Notes: generated by a model not told the origin, from the sequence alone. Numbered from the whole stretch's first letter, positions 1 through 12,218 are shown. The stretch is DNA of 56,082 nucleotides, filler included, from Stramenopiles sp. TOSAG23-6 (GCA_900128565.1; 3 parts of 3 records of this genome joined end to end with filler, not necessarily neighbours in it); one strand, 5' to 3'. Translations and numbers: made by a program.

Positions 1-1
1 T

Positions 2-2168
2 GTATTCTGTTGTGCACATGCGCAGCAGGTACAGGAATACTTGAGAAAATCGCATTTATGGAATACAGATGGTCGGGATAGCGAATTACCACCGCCTTTG
101 CACAAGCTTCCACTTGTGCGCATTATAAGTGACGAAACTAGTATGAGTGCTGGGGACGCACTGCGTGAAGTCGACCGCCGTCAAATTGTAAAGAGTGACC
201 CATTTGTATTAGTGAGTGGTGATGTGGTTAGTAATATTAATTTAAGAAACGTAGTCGAAGTTCATAAAACCAGACGTAAAAAAGATTCAAGCGCAATTAT
301 GACAATGGTTTTTAAGCCTGCGGCTCCAACGCACCCGACACGTCAACTTCACGAAGACCTTGTTATAAATATGAACTTGGAGACAAACCAAATTTTAGGT
401 TATGAAGATAACTCAGAGTGTGCCGTTGTTAATATGATGCGTGACACTTTTCGTGAGCACAGTCGAGTTTCAATTCGTCATGACTTGTTGGATTGTCATA
501 TTGATGTCTGCTCTCCCGAAGTGTTAGAACAGTTTTCAGCAAATTATGATTATCAGGATATTCGTAAGAATTATGTTCATAATGAAGTTGTTAATATTGA
601 GCTTGGTTGGAAATATTATGGGCATATTGTACGTGATAAATATGCAGCTCGCGTACAAGATCTACGAACATATGATGCTATTAGTAGAGATATCATTCAT
701 CGGTGGACATTTCCTGTAATGCCTGATTCGACTTTTGGTTTAGGTGCTAGTTACTCATACCATAGATGCGAGGGTGGTGGAGGATATTACAGGGAGCAAG
801 GTGTTTCAATTGCTAGAGGAGCTAAAATTGGAAAAGGGACTGTGCTTGGTGCTGGGTGTTCCATAGGAGAAGGAGCTTATATCAGTCAATGTGTTATGTA
901 CGTGGTTCAGCATGAATTTCAAATTTATTTATTTTTTTCGTACGAAATTGTATACCTAACATTTTTTTTTTTAACATATTTGTTCACAATACATTGGTAG
1001 GGGTTGTCTTGTCGGTGATAATGCAAATGTAAGAGGAAGTTATCTCTGGGATTCTGCAAGAATCGATGACAATGCTCAAGTTTTTGATTCGGTGATTTGT
1101 AATAGTGCTCATATTTGCAAAGATGTCATTATAAATTCTGGTTCAATTATTAGTTTTAATTGTGTTGTACGGTCTAGCATTGAAGTACCAAAGTTTACAA
1201 GGATTACTTTGATGCCGGAACAAAAAGATGAGTTTGATTCATTTGGCGATTTCGATGAAGATGTTAATACTACACAACAAAAAGTAAAAGAAACCGCTGA
1301 AACTGCAACACTTCCTGAACGTGTCAGTGGACGTATCTATACAAATAAAGAATGGGATTTTAACTTTTGTAGTGATGGTGAATCTGATAATGATGATGAT
1401 CAATTTGAAACACAATGTAGTAAAAAAACAAAGGCTTTACAAGCGACATTCATGGGAGCCGTCAAATCTCAACAACTTCGGGCACAACGATGGAACAAAT
1501 ATGATCATTCTTTGATGAAGACATTACAATTTGACAAAGAGTATAATAATAATAAACATGATAGAAACGACACTAAAGGTGATGAAGACGAAGGTGAAAG
1601 TAGATTTCGGAATGGAGTTCGCGATTATATTTTACATGGTATAGAAGAAGGTCATACATTTGATGAAATTGGAATGGAGTTAAAAAGTTTTAAACATTCT
1701 GAATTCAAAGATTTTACTGATTGTGTAGTGGCAATTGTTCCTGTGATTATCGACTTAGCAATAACAAAATATGCAGATAAAGATAAAATGCAGATACTCA
1801 AAGGCTTACAGCAAATGTTGAATGAGTATGCTCCTTTAATAAGCTTTTTCCAGGTAAACAGCGACGAGGAACCCCTCGAAGATTCAGTGTACATTGGGGC
1901 AATTTATTCATTGGAAGAATATGTTTTACATAGCAATTGCAGAGACGATATTCAATCGATGTTTGGTTTTATTCTACAATTCATGTGGGAATCTGATATT
2001 ACCACGATAGATGCAGTGACAGAATGGGCGAAGCAGCGAGAAGAAGATGACGATGACGTTCCAGAAAAGATTTTATTTTACAGTGAGAGAACACAGAAGT
2101 TTTTGGAAGAGATGAAGTCTATTAGCTCCGATGAAGAAAGCGAATACAGTGATAGCGATTCATCGTAA
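2..2168 (+). CDS. EIF2B5: Translation initiation factor eIF2B epsilon subunit (5'-partial; exons 2-897, 995-2168)
   Basis: NTP-transferase-like domain (GDALREVD, FVLVSGDVVSN), hexapeptide left-handed beta-helix and acidic W2/HEAT C-terminus. Removing 898-994 joins the two ORFs as SQCVIGRGCLVGDN. Confidence 0.93.
898..994 (+). mobile_element. Introner-like intron, GT-AT, 97 nt
   Basis: AT|GTACGT...TTCGTACGAAATTGTATACCTAAC...CACAATACAT|T. Restores the VIGRGC hexapeptide repeat. An in-frame TAG 6 nt further on would delete two repeat residues. Confidence 0.82.
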
Positions 2169-2308
2169 ACCATATAAATAAAATCTAATTACATTTTAAA
2201 AGTTTTAGAATTTATCATTGATTTTTTATTGATTTAAAGAGTGGAGTGTTTTATTTTGTTGATCTCCAAAATACCTTTTGACTTGAGGAAGGGAAGGTAG
2301 AGTAATTC

Positions 2309-3373
2309 TTAGTCAACCCAGTTTTTTCCTTCAGTATACGTCACGTTTTGGACAGCTTGAAATGCAGTAAATCCCATAGCTGTACTAGCCCCAGCTGTAC
2401 TAGAAGCAGCAAGTGCGGAAATACCTTCTTCCACACCAACAACTGGGCGAAGCCAATTGGAAGCACCAAACGAAACATCTGTCCCTACGAAGCAACCACA
2501 AGCTCCACCAATAGAAACGGACAAAGCTGCATCTGCCTTTAGATTGCCATATGAGGCATGCCCAACACCATCAAGCATATCGGAATAGAGGAAACGACCA
2601 CTGCGGAGACCTACAAAGAAAGCAAGGCCACAGCCAACTGTTGTGCCAAGAGCAGTTTGGTTAAAGGAGTAACCTGCATTAGAAAAAGCTGATACCAGTG
2701 GCTGCCAAGAAGTTCCCGAGAAAAGTGCGGCTGTTCCAAGAAGAAGACCAGTATGTATTTGTTCCTTGACATTAATCGTTTGATCAACTGCCACAGATTT
2801 GAGTGCGTAATATAAAGAATGACCAGCAAAGACACCCAAACCATCACCAATACCAGTATATAGTGCAAATTGTGCACTGTCAGCGGCAACGTTTTGCGAT
2901 TCTGCAAACGTACAAGCTGTTTGCCAACCAAAGCCAGCTGGAAATATTTTAGACACCATTACTTCTGCTGTAATGACAAAACGATCACGAAGCATCGCTG
3001 GGAATGATACCTTTTCTGATTCAGCAATAGCGTGCTTCAACATTATTTGACCTACGTCAGCTTTTAGAGATGGTTGCCGCGACAATTCATTTCGAGAAAT
3101 TGCGTGGTGCAAGGTGTGAATTTGATCGATTCCAACTTTTCGCATTGCGGATTCAAACTCTTCTTTGCTAAGAGAATTGTCTTTGTTCGTGTCAATTGAT
3201 CGAAAGAGGTTGTTTATCTCACTAGTGGTTCGAGAAAGTGTGCGTACAAGATTTGTGGCCTTTCCTTCAGACGTCTCTTCTGTTGTACTCAATCGAACGT
3301 CAGAGGAGAGAGTAGAAAATGTCGTAGTGCATCGGCGGCGTGAAGCCAAGAGCGCTTTGCGTACTAAAGCCAT
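2309..3373 (-). CDS. EF-hand-containing multi-pass membrane protein, likely organelle-targeted
   Basis: EF-hand DTNKDNSLSKEEF, Gly/Ala-rich hydrophobic helices, and an Arg/Ser-rich N-terminus from the ATG at 3373. Confidence 0.75.
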   Translation of the reverse strand: MALVRKALLASRRRCTTTFSTLSSDVRLSTTEETSEGKATNLVRTLSRTTSEINNLFRSIDTNKDNSLSKEEFESAMRKVGIDQIHTLHHAISRNELSRQPSLKADVGQIMLKHAIAESEKVSFPAMLRDRFVITAEVMVSKIFPAGFGWQTACTFAESQNVAADSAQFALYTGIGDGLGVFAGHSLYYALKSVAVDQTINVKEQIHTGLLLGTAALFSGTSWQPLVSAFSNAGYSFNQTALGTTVGCGLAFFVGLRSGRFLYSDMLDGVGHASYGNLKADAALSVSIGGACGCFVGTDVSFGASNWLRPVVGVEEGISALAASSTAGASTAMGFTAFQAVQNVTYTEGKNWVD

Positions 3374-3684
3374 TCTTTCGCAATGAATGAATAAGAGTGG
3401 TTTAAGATAACTTTGTGTTTGCAAAAATAATTATGTTTAGAAAATGAGCAAACTCGTGAAGGCAGGTACAAGTTGTTGATGTCAAAGGTACACTTTGCTA
3501 TCAAATTGCTGTTATATTCGTTCTAATTACTATCAATTTTAGCGCTGATCTCGTAACTGTTAACTTTTTGACCTTGACAACTTGTAATATAGTACGGAAG
3601 TTCCTTTAACTTTTACAATATGCAAATTTAACAACTGCCCAACTCGGGAACAAGTATTATTTTTCAGAAAAGTAGGACCACACA

Positions 3685-5838
3685 ATGGTACTTACTTCAA
3701 GAAAGAAACAAAAAGCTTCTCGAGAACTGCAAAGTCCAGTAAATCAACCAAATTCAACGACGAATGGTCGCAGATATACACTGTGCATAGTATTTGTCGT
3801 TTCTGTGATTTTGTTTTCAGTTGTATTTTTGCAAACCAGCTTGTGGATTCATCAAATGTTAGAAGGGAGTCAACGTAAAATGGGAGTTGTAGGATATGAT
3901 GCAATACAACAACGTGAGGGCAACAACTGGAAGAATAGTATAGGACTTCATAAAACAAACAAATTTAGCATGGATAATTCGACCCAACAAATTATAATAT
4001 TGGGCACCCCAGGCATTGGAGCGCATCATGTATCCCGTTACCTCGCTAAGATTGGTTGTTACTCTGATATAGCTGGTGATGCATTCAGTCGAATGAATAC
4101 TTCATCTAATAATCCATTTGGTCGCAGTGATAATAGCCGTCTTTTAAATGCCGCAGACAAGTTACTATCTAGTGGAATGAATCATTCGCGTAGCGAAGCG
4201 ATAAGAGGTGAAAGGAATGTGCCAGTGTGGTCATATTATGGCTACTTATCCGAAACAACGTCTATAATTGACCGTCGCCAATTCGAAGAGGTGGCTAAAG
4301 CAGTGATAGAGCAACTTGAAAAGTCAGCAACAATCGATCGAAACAGGCCATGGATGCTCAGGGATTATCGGATAACTCTTACAGCACCATTATTAATGCA
4401 ACAAATCGACCCAAGCAAGGGCTTGTGTATAATAATCGTTGAGAGTCCTACAATGTTTGCACAATCAATGCAAAAATACAGTAAATTATCAAGACTATCA
4501 GCCAGTGACTGGTCAAGTGTATGGGAACAATATCACAATGCTGCATATATGGGCTGCAAAGATTTACCTGTAATTAATGTTAACTGGGACAGAATGTCTG
4601 CGACTATAGATGATTATATTGAACATCTCCAAGATCTAGGAAATATCTTAATACAAAAATTCAACGCGAAAAATCTGCTTCCATCTCTCGCAAATACTAA
4701 ATTACCGAATGATTTAACTTGGATAGAACAACAGTATTCTCTAATCCCTGTTGTAAATTCAAAGAGTGATTACAACATGAAGTTTGTAATGCAATCCTTT
4801 TTTTCTGAAATTATTTCAAGAGAAATCAAAAAGACGTCAAAAGATTTATTTAACTTATTTAATAGTCCATATAATATTGATAAAAAGGAAACTGATAGAG
4901 TTGACTTGAATAAAAAATGGAGAGGGCGACTTATTTTTGATAGAGCCAAAGTAGAATATATTTGGACTGAAAAAAAACCATCTTGGAAATCACTGAAAAA
5001 AACTAAGAACGAAGCATATATCACAATAATAACTGGAAATGATTTTGGGTATATAGCAGGCGCCGCAGTTAATGCAGAATCTATTTATCTAATGGATGCA
5101 TCGCGTGATCTTGTTGCAATGGTTACAGATGTAGTTCACAAATCAAACCAAAATAAATTGGAAAGATTTGGCTGGAAGGTTCTCTCCATTGAAAGCATTC
5201 AAGAACCTTGGTGGAATAATCCGAAGTATAACACTCAGTGTAAAGTTGATGCTGATTCAAGTCAGAATGTGAGATGGGGTAGAATGTTTTCGAAACTTAG
5301 GCTTTGGCAACAAATTCAGTATAACAAAATATTGTATATGGATAGTGATTCATTTGGCATTGGTCCAATTTATGAAATTTTCGATGACGAAACTAGCATA
5401 ATTGTAGGCGAGCAATCTATGTCTAAACAAGATGTATTTCTTGCTGGCGTTATGCTAATGAGACCTTCAAATATTGATTTTAATGGACTGATGGCTATTT
5501 CTGAAAACGCCCCACCATTAATATGGGGTGATGTTGTCGACTGTACCGAAATGGCACTTTTGAATGTGTTTTTTAAAGGAAAATTTAAAACATTCAGCAT
5601 TAGTAGCAAACAACGAAATACTATTGCCAAACCAACAATATTCCGTAACTATGTAAAGTTTACTCCTTGGGTTGTACACTTCTCCACTCAATCTTGTGGG
5701 AAACCCTGGGCGTATTACATATTATCTGACTCATTAGGGATTCCACAATATTGTGATTTAACACCTTTTGAGCTTTGGAAATACCGAGCTGAGTTGATTG
5801 GACTTTCACAAAAAGACAACTTATTTGAGAAAATATAA
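3685..5838 (+). CDS. Type II membrane protein: sulfotransferase-like P-loop domain plus GT8 (glycogenin-like) glycosyltransferase
   Basis: N-terminal TM helix. IIILGTPGIG and PWMLRDYRITLT resemble sulfotransferase-family motifs. AYITIIT, FSKLRLWQ..YNKILYMDSD, AGVML and HF..KPW are GT8 motifs. Confidence 0.8.
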   Translation: MVLTSRKKQKASRELQSPVNQPNSTTNGRRYTLCIVFVVSVILFSVVFLQTSLWIHQMLEGSQRKMGVVGYDAIQQREGNNWKNSIGLHKTNKFSMDNSTQQIIILGTPGIGAHHVSRYLAKIGCYSDIAGDAFSRMNTSSNNPFGRSDNSRLLNAADKLLSSGMNHSRSEAIRGERNVPVWSYYGYLSETTSIIDRRQFEEVAKAVIEQLEKSATIDRNRPWMLRDYRITLTAPLLMQQIDPSKGLCIIIVESPTMFAQSMQKYSKLSRLSASDWSSVWEQYHNAAYMGCKDLPVINVNWDRMSATIDDYIEHLQDLGNILIQKFNAKNLLPSLANTKLPNDLTWIEQQYSLIPVVNSKSDYNMKFVMQSFFSEIISREIKKTSKDLFNLFNSPYNIDKKETDRVDLNKKWRGRLIFDRAKVEYIWTEKKPSWKSLKKTKNEAYITIITGNDFGYIAGAAVNAESIYLMDASRDLVAMVTDVVHKSNQNKLERFGWKVLSIESIQEPWWNNPKYNTQCKVDADSSQNVRWGRMFSKLRLWQQIQYNKILYMDSDSFGIGPIYEIFDDETSIIVGEQSMSKQDVFLAGVMLMRPSNIDFNGLMAISENAPPLIWGDVVDCTEMALLNVFFKGKFKTFSISSKQRNTIAKPTIFRNYVKFTPWVVHFSTQSCGKPWAYYILSDSLGIPQYCDLTPFELWKYRAELIGLSQKDNLFEKI

Positions 5839-5900
5839 TAAATGTAAATGAATAGCTCCTTACAAAATTATGTAAGTTGTTTATTGTTATCGTCGATAAA

Positions 5901-6012
5901 ATGCAACCATAGTGTTTTCTTCTTTATGAGCAAGTTTGAGATTTGTTAGATACAAAATTGTCCTAGTAGAAAAATAGTTGAAATTCCGTTGAAATTCAGA
6001 ATGAAAAGGTAC
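5901..6012 (-). mobile_element. Degenerate introner-like intron near the AIM24 3' end
   Basis: AG|GTACCTTTTCATTCTGAATTTC...AATTTTGTATCTAAC. The 3' end (GCAT or an upstream AAG) cannot be fixed from frame alone. Confidence 0.5.
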
Positions 6013-6716
6013 CTGTGAGCTGCTCTCATTAAATTCTGTGTGTGTCTGGCGATTGGAAGGCTTTGAATGTAGACTGTACCAGGTCCACAAACACGTGTCA
6101 TGAATAAGCCACTACCTCCAAAACAAACTTTTTTAATACTACCAACATATTTCACATCAAGCGAAACACTTTCAGAATATGCTACCAGGCAACCGCCATC
6201 CACAACCATTTTTTCATTCGGAGCCAAGTTTCTCTTAACAATTGTGCCACCAGCATGAATGAAGGCTATTCCATTACCACTTATTCTTTGCATGAGAAAA
6301 CCTTCACCTCCGAACATACCGACTTTGATTTTATTTTGGAGAAACGCTGATATTTCTATTTTGCCCATGCCACAAAGAAATGCATCTCGCTGACAAATTA
6401 ATGAACCTGCTGTAGAAAAATCAACGGCAACAATTTTACCAACGTGAGGTGCAGCAAAAGAAACGTACCCTGTGTTATTACTAGAATTCAAAAATTCATT
6501 TTGGAATAAACCTTCCCCAGAAATATATCTTGATATCGCCTTACAAATGCCACCACCTGTTGAAGTTTCAAAGGATATCTGCTCACTAGAATAGCAAAAT
6601 GAACCTGGTTCACCTATACACATTTCACCCGGACCAAGTATGCATTGCACTAATTGCATCTCGGAACCAAATATTTGATATCTAGAAGTCTGGATTGAAC
6701 TTTCATTATTGTCCAT
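5946..6716 (-). CDS. AIM24 / TRAP-like (TIGR00266-type) protein; 3' end uncertain because of an intron-like element starting at 6012
   Basis: EPGSF, ISGEGLF, CQRDAFL, FGGEGFLMQRISGNG, GPGTVYIQSLP motifs. Confidence 0.85.
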   Translation of the reverse strand: MDNNESSIQTSRYQIFGSEMQLVQCILGPGEMCIGEPGSFCYSSEQISFETSTGGGICKAISRYISGEGLFQNEFLNSSNNTGYVSFAAPHVGKIVAVDFSTAGSLICQRDAFLCGMGKIEISAFLQNKIKVGMFGGEGFLMQRISGNGIAFIHAGGTIVKRNLAPNEKMVVDGGCLVAYSESVSLDVKYVGSIKKVCFGGSGLFMTRVCGPGTVYIQSLPIARHTQNLMRAAHRYLFILNFNGISTIFLLGQFCI

Positions 6717-7014
6717 TCTTGTATTCAAAGAATGAAACATTAATAATATTTGTTTGTTGGCCCGTCTGTCGTCACTATGAAATGAAGCAGAATCGCACGA
6801 AATAATGAAATAATCAATCCTCAAAATCAAATTCGAAACGTCAAATGAAAAAAACGTATCTTCTTCGACTTCGATCGAGTATACAAATAATTATCAAATA
6901 TAGCTAATTGAATTGAATTCAATTCAATTCAATCAATCACATCAATTGGTACCACACTTAGTCATCACGATACGAAGCATAGCATAATCATAAAATCATT
7001 AGAAATTTCGAGTA

Positions 7015-10000
7015 ATGACGAGTGTATCTCGTTTCTTGATTGTGATATTACTCGCCAGTTTGCTGAGTATTACCAATGCAAGTTCACAAAGTTTTGGTGA
7101 AAATAAGGACAAAACGGGAGGCGGGCTATTCGTTATTTTAACCCTCATCGTAGGAGTGATCATCCAAGCGTTTTTCGATAATGGTCATCGTGAGATACTT
7201 CCATATACAACAATCATGCTTCTTTTTGGTGGAATCCTTGGAATTTTAAATGAAGAAGGAGAATGTTTGGGTCAAAGCACGAGCTGTCAGCTTCACGGAA
7301 AACAGAGTTGCACACTTCACCACCAGTGTGACTGGAATCGATCTTTTGATTTGGGTATGCTGCAATATTCAATCGAAATTTGGACAAATATTGACCCCCA
7401 TGTACTCCTTAATTTATTTTTACCTGCACTAATTTATGTATGTTTTATTTTTTTTCAAATTCTAATTTGTTTTTCGTACGAAATTTTGTACCTAACAAAT
7501 TGAAATTGTTTTTTGAAATATTTTTCCAAAATACATGCTTCGTCACACAAAGTTGACTATCATATTTTTCATCACGTTATATATCAAGTTTTTGCACTTG
7601 CTGGCCCTGGTGTCTTAATAGCGAGTAGTTTAATTGCCACATTTTCAAAATTGGCTTTTGACTACCAATGGAATTGGAATACAGCTTTTATGTTCGGCTC
7701 AATTTTAAGTGCTACTGATCCAGTCGCAGTAGTTGCTATTTTACACGACCTGGGTGCACCTCGTAAGTTAAGCATAGTTATAGAGGCAGAATCCTTGTTT
7801 AATGATGGAACAGCATTAGTTTGTTTTTCTGTATTTGTGAAACTCCTTATAGAAGAACAGAGTAATACAACAATCTTTTCTCAAATTCCTTTTTTTCTGC
7901 AATTGGCACTAGGCGGTGCTTGTCTCGGATACTTGAGCGGTCGTATAATGGTATTCTGTCTTCACCATATTCGACATTCTGTCCAACAAGCGATTGTAAC
8001 TTTAATTTTTGCATATAGCACTCACATACTCGCTGAACAAATTGAGGTATCAGGCGTAATTGCCACAGTGTGTCTCGGTTTGGTGTATGCAACGATGGGG
8101 CGTACTAAGCTAACTGATGCTGAAAAAANGAATGAATTCTGGGAGATGTTAGAGTGGATAGCAAATACTATCATATTTAGTATAGCAGGAATGATTATGT
8201 TCCAAAGTATATTCTCACAATCTGAATATATTACGCTCAGGGACTTTTTATTATTATTAGCTTTATATGCCGCCACAAACATAATTCGCGCTATTACTCA
8301 TTTAGTTTTGTTACCCATTCTATGTACTGGGTATGGCACAACAAGAGAAGAACTTGCAATGATGTCATGGTCAGGTTTACGTGGTGCTGTTGGACTAATA
8401 TTAGGATTAATGGTCTTTAGGCGACCTAATGGAGAATACAAGGGCCTTCTATCATCCGGTATGAGCCTTGAAGAAATCGAAAAAATGAAAGCAGAGATAC
8501 TTTTTCATGTAGCAGGTATTTCTGTGCTTACACTACTTATTAACGGAACAACCGTACCATATCTAGCGAAAGCATTAGGATTATCAAAGCAATCATCAGC
8601 TTCAAAGTTCACTTATAATGTTTGGTCAATGCATGTCACTGAGGAAAATGAAGAAGAATTGACTCGGATGCGACATCATAAATTTTATAGACATGCAAAT
8701 TGGAATGTTGTTTTGCAATATTTACCAGTACTCAATGAAGAAGTGTTAGAAAAAANGNANGNAAAAATTAGATCAGAATCTATATAAAAATATTAAAAAT
8801 GGTCATCTGAAGATGCTAAATTCGAAGTATCGTAATGAGAGACTTCCGACTGTGTTACAAGACATGGCTAAATTCCCTGTTCAATGGGCATTATTTACTT
8901 CTAAAAAACAAAGGCGTCAATTTATCCGTACACATTGGGAATTAGTCATTGAGGCCAGAAAACGTGCTTTAGATATCATGCAGGCTCATTATTGGAGTCA
9001 GTTTTATGATGGATTTGTTGGCGGTGAAGCTTTAAAACTCGTAATACAGTCAAAAAATATGGCGATGGATGATGTTACAGAATATGAACATCCGCCACAT
9101 GACAACAGCAGACTTGATAAATGTGAAATCAATGACTGGCACTACCTTGAACCTCATATGATAGTTGGAAAATTTGCAAGAAAATGTAATCATGCAATGC
9201 AAAATATCATTCATAAAATTCCTTTTCTTGAAAAGTTGACAAGACATCATATGTACAATAGAATGCATTTTATAATGGATACAATGCATGTACGATTTCA
9301 TAATGAATTTCAAATGTATTGTTTTTTCGATCGAAATTCCGTANCTAANGAGTTTTTTCTTTAAATATCCTTTCACGATACATTGCTTTATTCAAGCACA
9401 CGATGAAGTAATTCATCAACTTGGGGTTCAAGAAAAAGAATCTTTAGAAAGTCTTACGTCTGCAGCCGATGAGGATACTACAAATCAACGTTCACAACTT
9501 GCCATCAAAATGCGCGTCGCTGCAAAAGATCTGGATCATATTTGTCAGGTCAAACTTCATCACATTGCACAAGAAGCATATTCAAAAGTAGGAGACCATC
9601 TTGATTTGAAACATTTACAAATATATATTGAAAAAGCGTTTCCTACATTTGAACTTGGTAATTATGAAGATTATATCAAAGTGCTTCTTTCTACAATATT
9701 ATTCGAGTCTAATTTGAAGTCTCGCCTTAATTCCAAATCATTGAAAACAGAAGATCAGAAACAATCTATTGGTAGTGACCAGCAACAAAAGCTTCAACTT
9801 TTCGATCATGAAGCATATTTGCTTCTTTCAGATTATATGCATCACGATCACCATCCAGTGTTGCTTGGCCTCGTAAAAGCTGAGTTAGAATCAGCGAGGG
9901 TACCTTTTCATTATGAAATTTTTAAAATCTATTAATTTTTTTGAATGAAATTTTGTACCTAACGATTTAGTTTTTGAATATTTTCCACAACACAGGATAA

Positions 10001-12218
10001 AGCCAATGATTTATGGAATGATTATATCGTCTCTAGTTTAGGTACATTGCGTACTATTTCTACCCAGCATGTTATTCGCCATCTTATCAAGGATGTTGGA
10101 AATCAAGTTAATCGTATATATCACGAAGGTCAAATTGATCACGCTGAAATGGAATTAATGGAAAGTGCAGTCCATGAATGCCATAGACGCTTACGCAACA
10201 AGCCACCTACCTCGGGTGCTCCAAAGAAAAAAGAGCTCTTGAGATCTGTACCATTTATGCATTACCTTGAAGAGAGCCATTCTGAATATTTTGATAATTT
10301 ATTGAGCAAAATGACCGAAGAACATTTTGATCGCGGAAGTGCTTTGCTAAAGCAAGGAGATCCGGTAAGTGGTTGTTTTCTGATTACGTGTGGCACAGCT
10401 CGTGTCATGTATCACTCTGAAACTACACCACACGATGCTCGCACTTTAATTCACGAAAAAGGAGAGGAACAAAAGAAGAAACAAAAGAAGCGCAGAGGCT
10501 TCATCGGATCATATCCAAGCGAGGTGAAGAATGTAAAGAACCACAAGTTCAGTAATGAAATCCCCGATAGTAATTTAACGGATATTCAAGTAGTTATCAG
10601 TGACAAAGATGGTTTATCACCAAGGACCTTAAAGGTTGTCACTCCAAAGCGTTCAAAACTATCACCACGAAGGAGCAATATCGAAAAGGAAGGAGGAAGA
10701 AAAGGTAGCATGTATAATTTATCGTTGCCTGAAATTGAAGAGCGGTATGGTACATCTATGTTGCAACTAGGTCCGGGCCAAATAGCTGGGTCTTTGTGTG
10801 TTATAACCCATGGACACATTTTTGCATCAATTATTGCAAATACATATTGCATTGCATATTTTATTCCTGCAAGTGAAATATGGAAGATGTTTCGTGTTGT
10901 TAGTGGCAGCATCGAAGCCGAGTGTAGAGATACAGTGACTAATGGACATCATAGGCGATCACATAATAGACTATCACATAGACTTGTCAAAGCAACAAAA
11001 TTAGTTCGAACATTGTCACAATTTGCGTTGAAATCTATGAATAAAGCTGTAGAATCCATTTCTGGAAGTTCCAGTGTTGTTGCGATGAATAAAAAAGGCG
11101 AGGAAACGACAAGAGGGCAAATAATGAAGGGGAAAGTAATCGCACGTGAAGCCCAGGCTAGGCGCATGTTGCATACTGGAAATACAACCACTGAAATCAA
11201 CGAGCAAAGGCTTCATTCACCCAATAATACAAGACATCAAATTTCAAGAACGTATTCAAATCCTATGATAATTTCTTCGCCATCACCACCAGGATCACCA
11301 ACGTCAGAACTACCTCGATCACCAAGAAGCAGATCACCAGGATCGCCAACGTCAGAACTACCTCGATCACCAAGAAGCAGATCACCAAAATTTCGTTTCA
11401 ATAATGTGTCTACCACAGAAAAGGTTATTGAAGTTAAAAAAAGTGGGAGTGCAAATAGAGCATTGAATGAACAAAGTGTATTAAATGGGGAAGATACAGA
11501 TGATTCCATCATGTCTTTGGAAAATGTTCACCACTCTGAGAAAGAAGATCAAATACTTGTTGTAGAAGAAGCTTTCTGTAAGGAAGCTGCTGTTATGGCT
11601 TCAATAATTCTTCCTCACATCAGAGATCATTTTCCTGGTCAGAGTTATGATCGTCTTCGTGAGACGTTTGCTCTTTCAGAATTACGTTGCCCAACACCAG
11701 GTATCAAGTATAGACTACATACAGCCTTTCTATTAATTACAGGAAATTTAGTAAGTGAAAATGGATATAGTCATTCACCATTAAGCTTACGACAGAAGAA
11801 AGTTTCCCATTCTATTGTTCAATTTCATTCTCCACGAAATTGTCCTAATTGGAGGCTTGGATTGCCATGGGATTGTATCTTTGGATTTGATGAGCATGGA
11901 GAACATCCGCGTATTTTACAATTGAGATATTCCAAGGGATTTCGTACAATGCCTGGAATGGTACCAATGGGAGGAATAATGAACACTAGTATGAATCGCT
12001 CACCACCATCGCAGCTGGAGAAACATTTGAAAAACTTTTCTTGTACATTTTCATCAGGAATTTAAATTGTTTATTTTTGTACCAAATTTCGTACCTAACG
12101 ATTTTTTTCCACATAATTTTTTCACAATACATCGTCTGTCCACAAAAAGAAATTTGCTTCATCGGTTCCAAGTAAAAATAGAAAAAAGAAACACCTAACG
12201 ATTAATACACAGATATGA
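7015..12218 (+). CDS. CPA1 Na+/H+ exchanger with cyclic-nucleotide-binding domain (SOS1/SLC9C-like); 4 introns, plus a probable assembly frameshift at Ns near 8756-8762
   Basis: FLPALIY, SATDPVAVVA, EAESLFNDGTA, WSGLRGAVGL, TLLINGTT; CNBD with LLKQGD..GCFLIT.GTARV. Confidence 0.88.
7438..7536 (+). mobile_element. Introner-like intron, GT-AT, 99 nt
   Basis: TAT|GTATGT...AAATACAT|GCT gives in-frame LPALIY-ASSH. Confidence 0.87.
9290..9383 (+). mobile_element. Introner-like intron, GT-AT, 94 nt
   Basis: CAT|GTACGA...CACGATACAT|TGC joins ORF 8813 to ORF 9288 in frame. Confidence 0.8.
9900..9995 (+). mobile_element. Introner-like intron, GT-AG, 96 nt
   Basis: AGG|GTACCT...CAACACAG|GAT is in frame with ORF 10047 and has the same internal motifs. 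Confidence 0.85.
11289..11387 (+). repeat. 48-bp coding tandem duplication (PGSPTSELPRSPRSRS x2)
   Basis: Direct repeat visible in DNA and protein. Confidence 0.85.
12043..12132 (+). mobile_element. Introner-like intron, GT-AT, 90 nt
   Basis: T|GTACAT...CACAATACAT|CG opens a frame to TGA at 12216-12218. Confidence 0.72.

Noticed and set aside
896-992. U12-type AT-AC introns (register shifted 2 nt)
   Set aside because: There is no ATATCCT donor and 8 of 30 copies lack the upstream AT. The shifted register would change the conserved DMR to DRR in B55 (53973-54137) and create a stop at 39311.
7438-7536. Repeats as gene-inactivating MITEs, DNA-eliminated IES-like elements, or an alternative genetic code
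   Set aside because: The exons are intact under the standard code. Strict sense orientation with donor and branch motifs favours RNA splicing. DNA-level excision is not formally excluded without reads.
8750-8815. Programmed frameshift or split gene in the Na+/H+ exchanger
   Set aside because: The frame change coincides with ambiguous N bases, so it is most likely an assembly indel.
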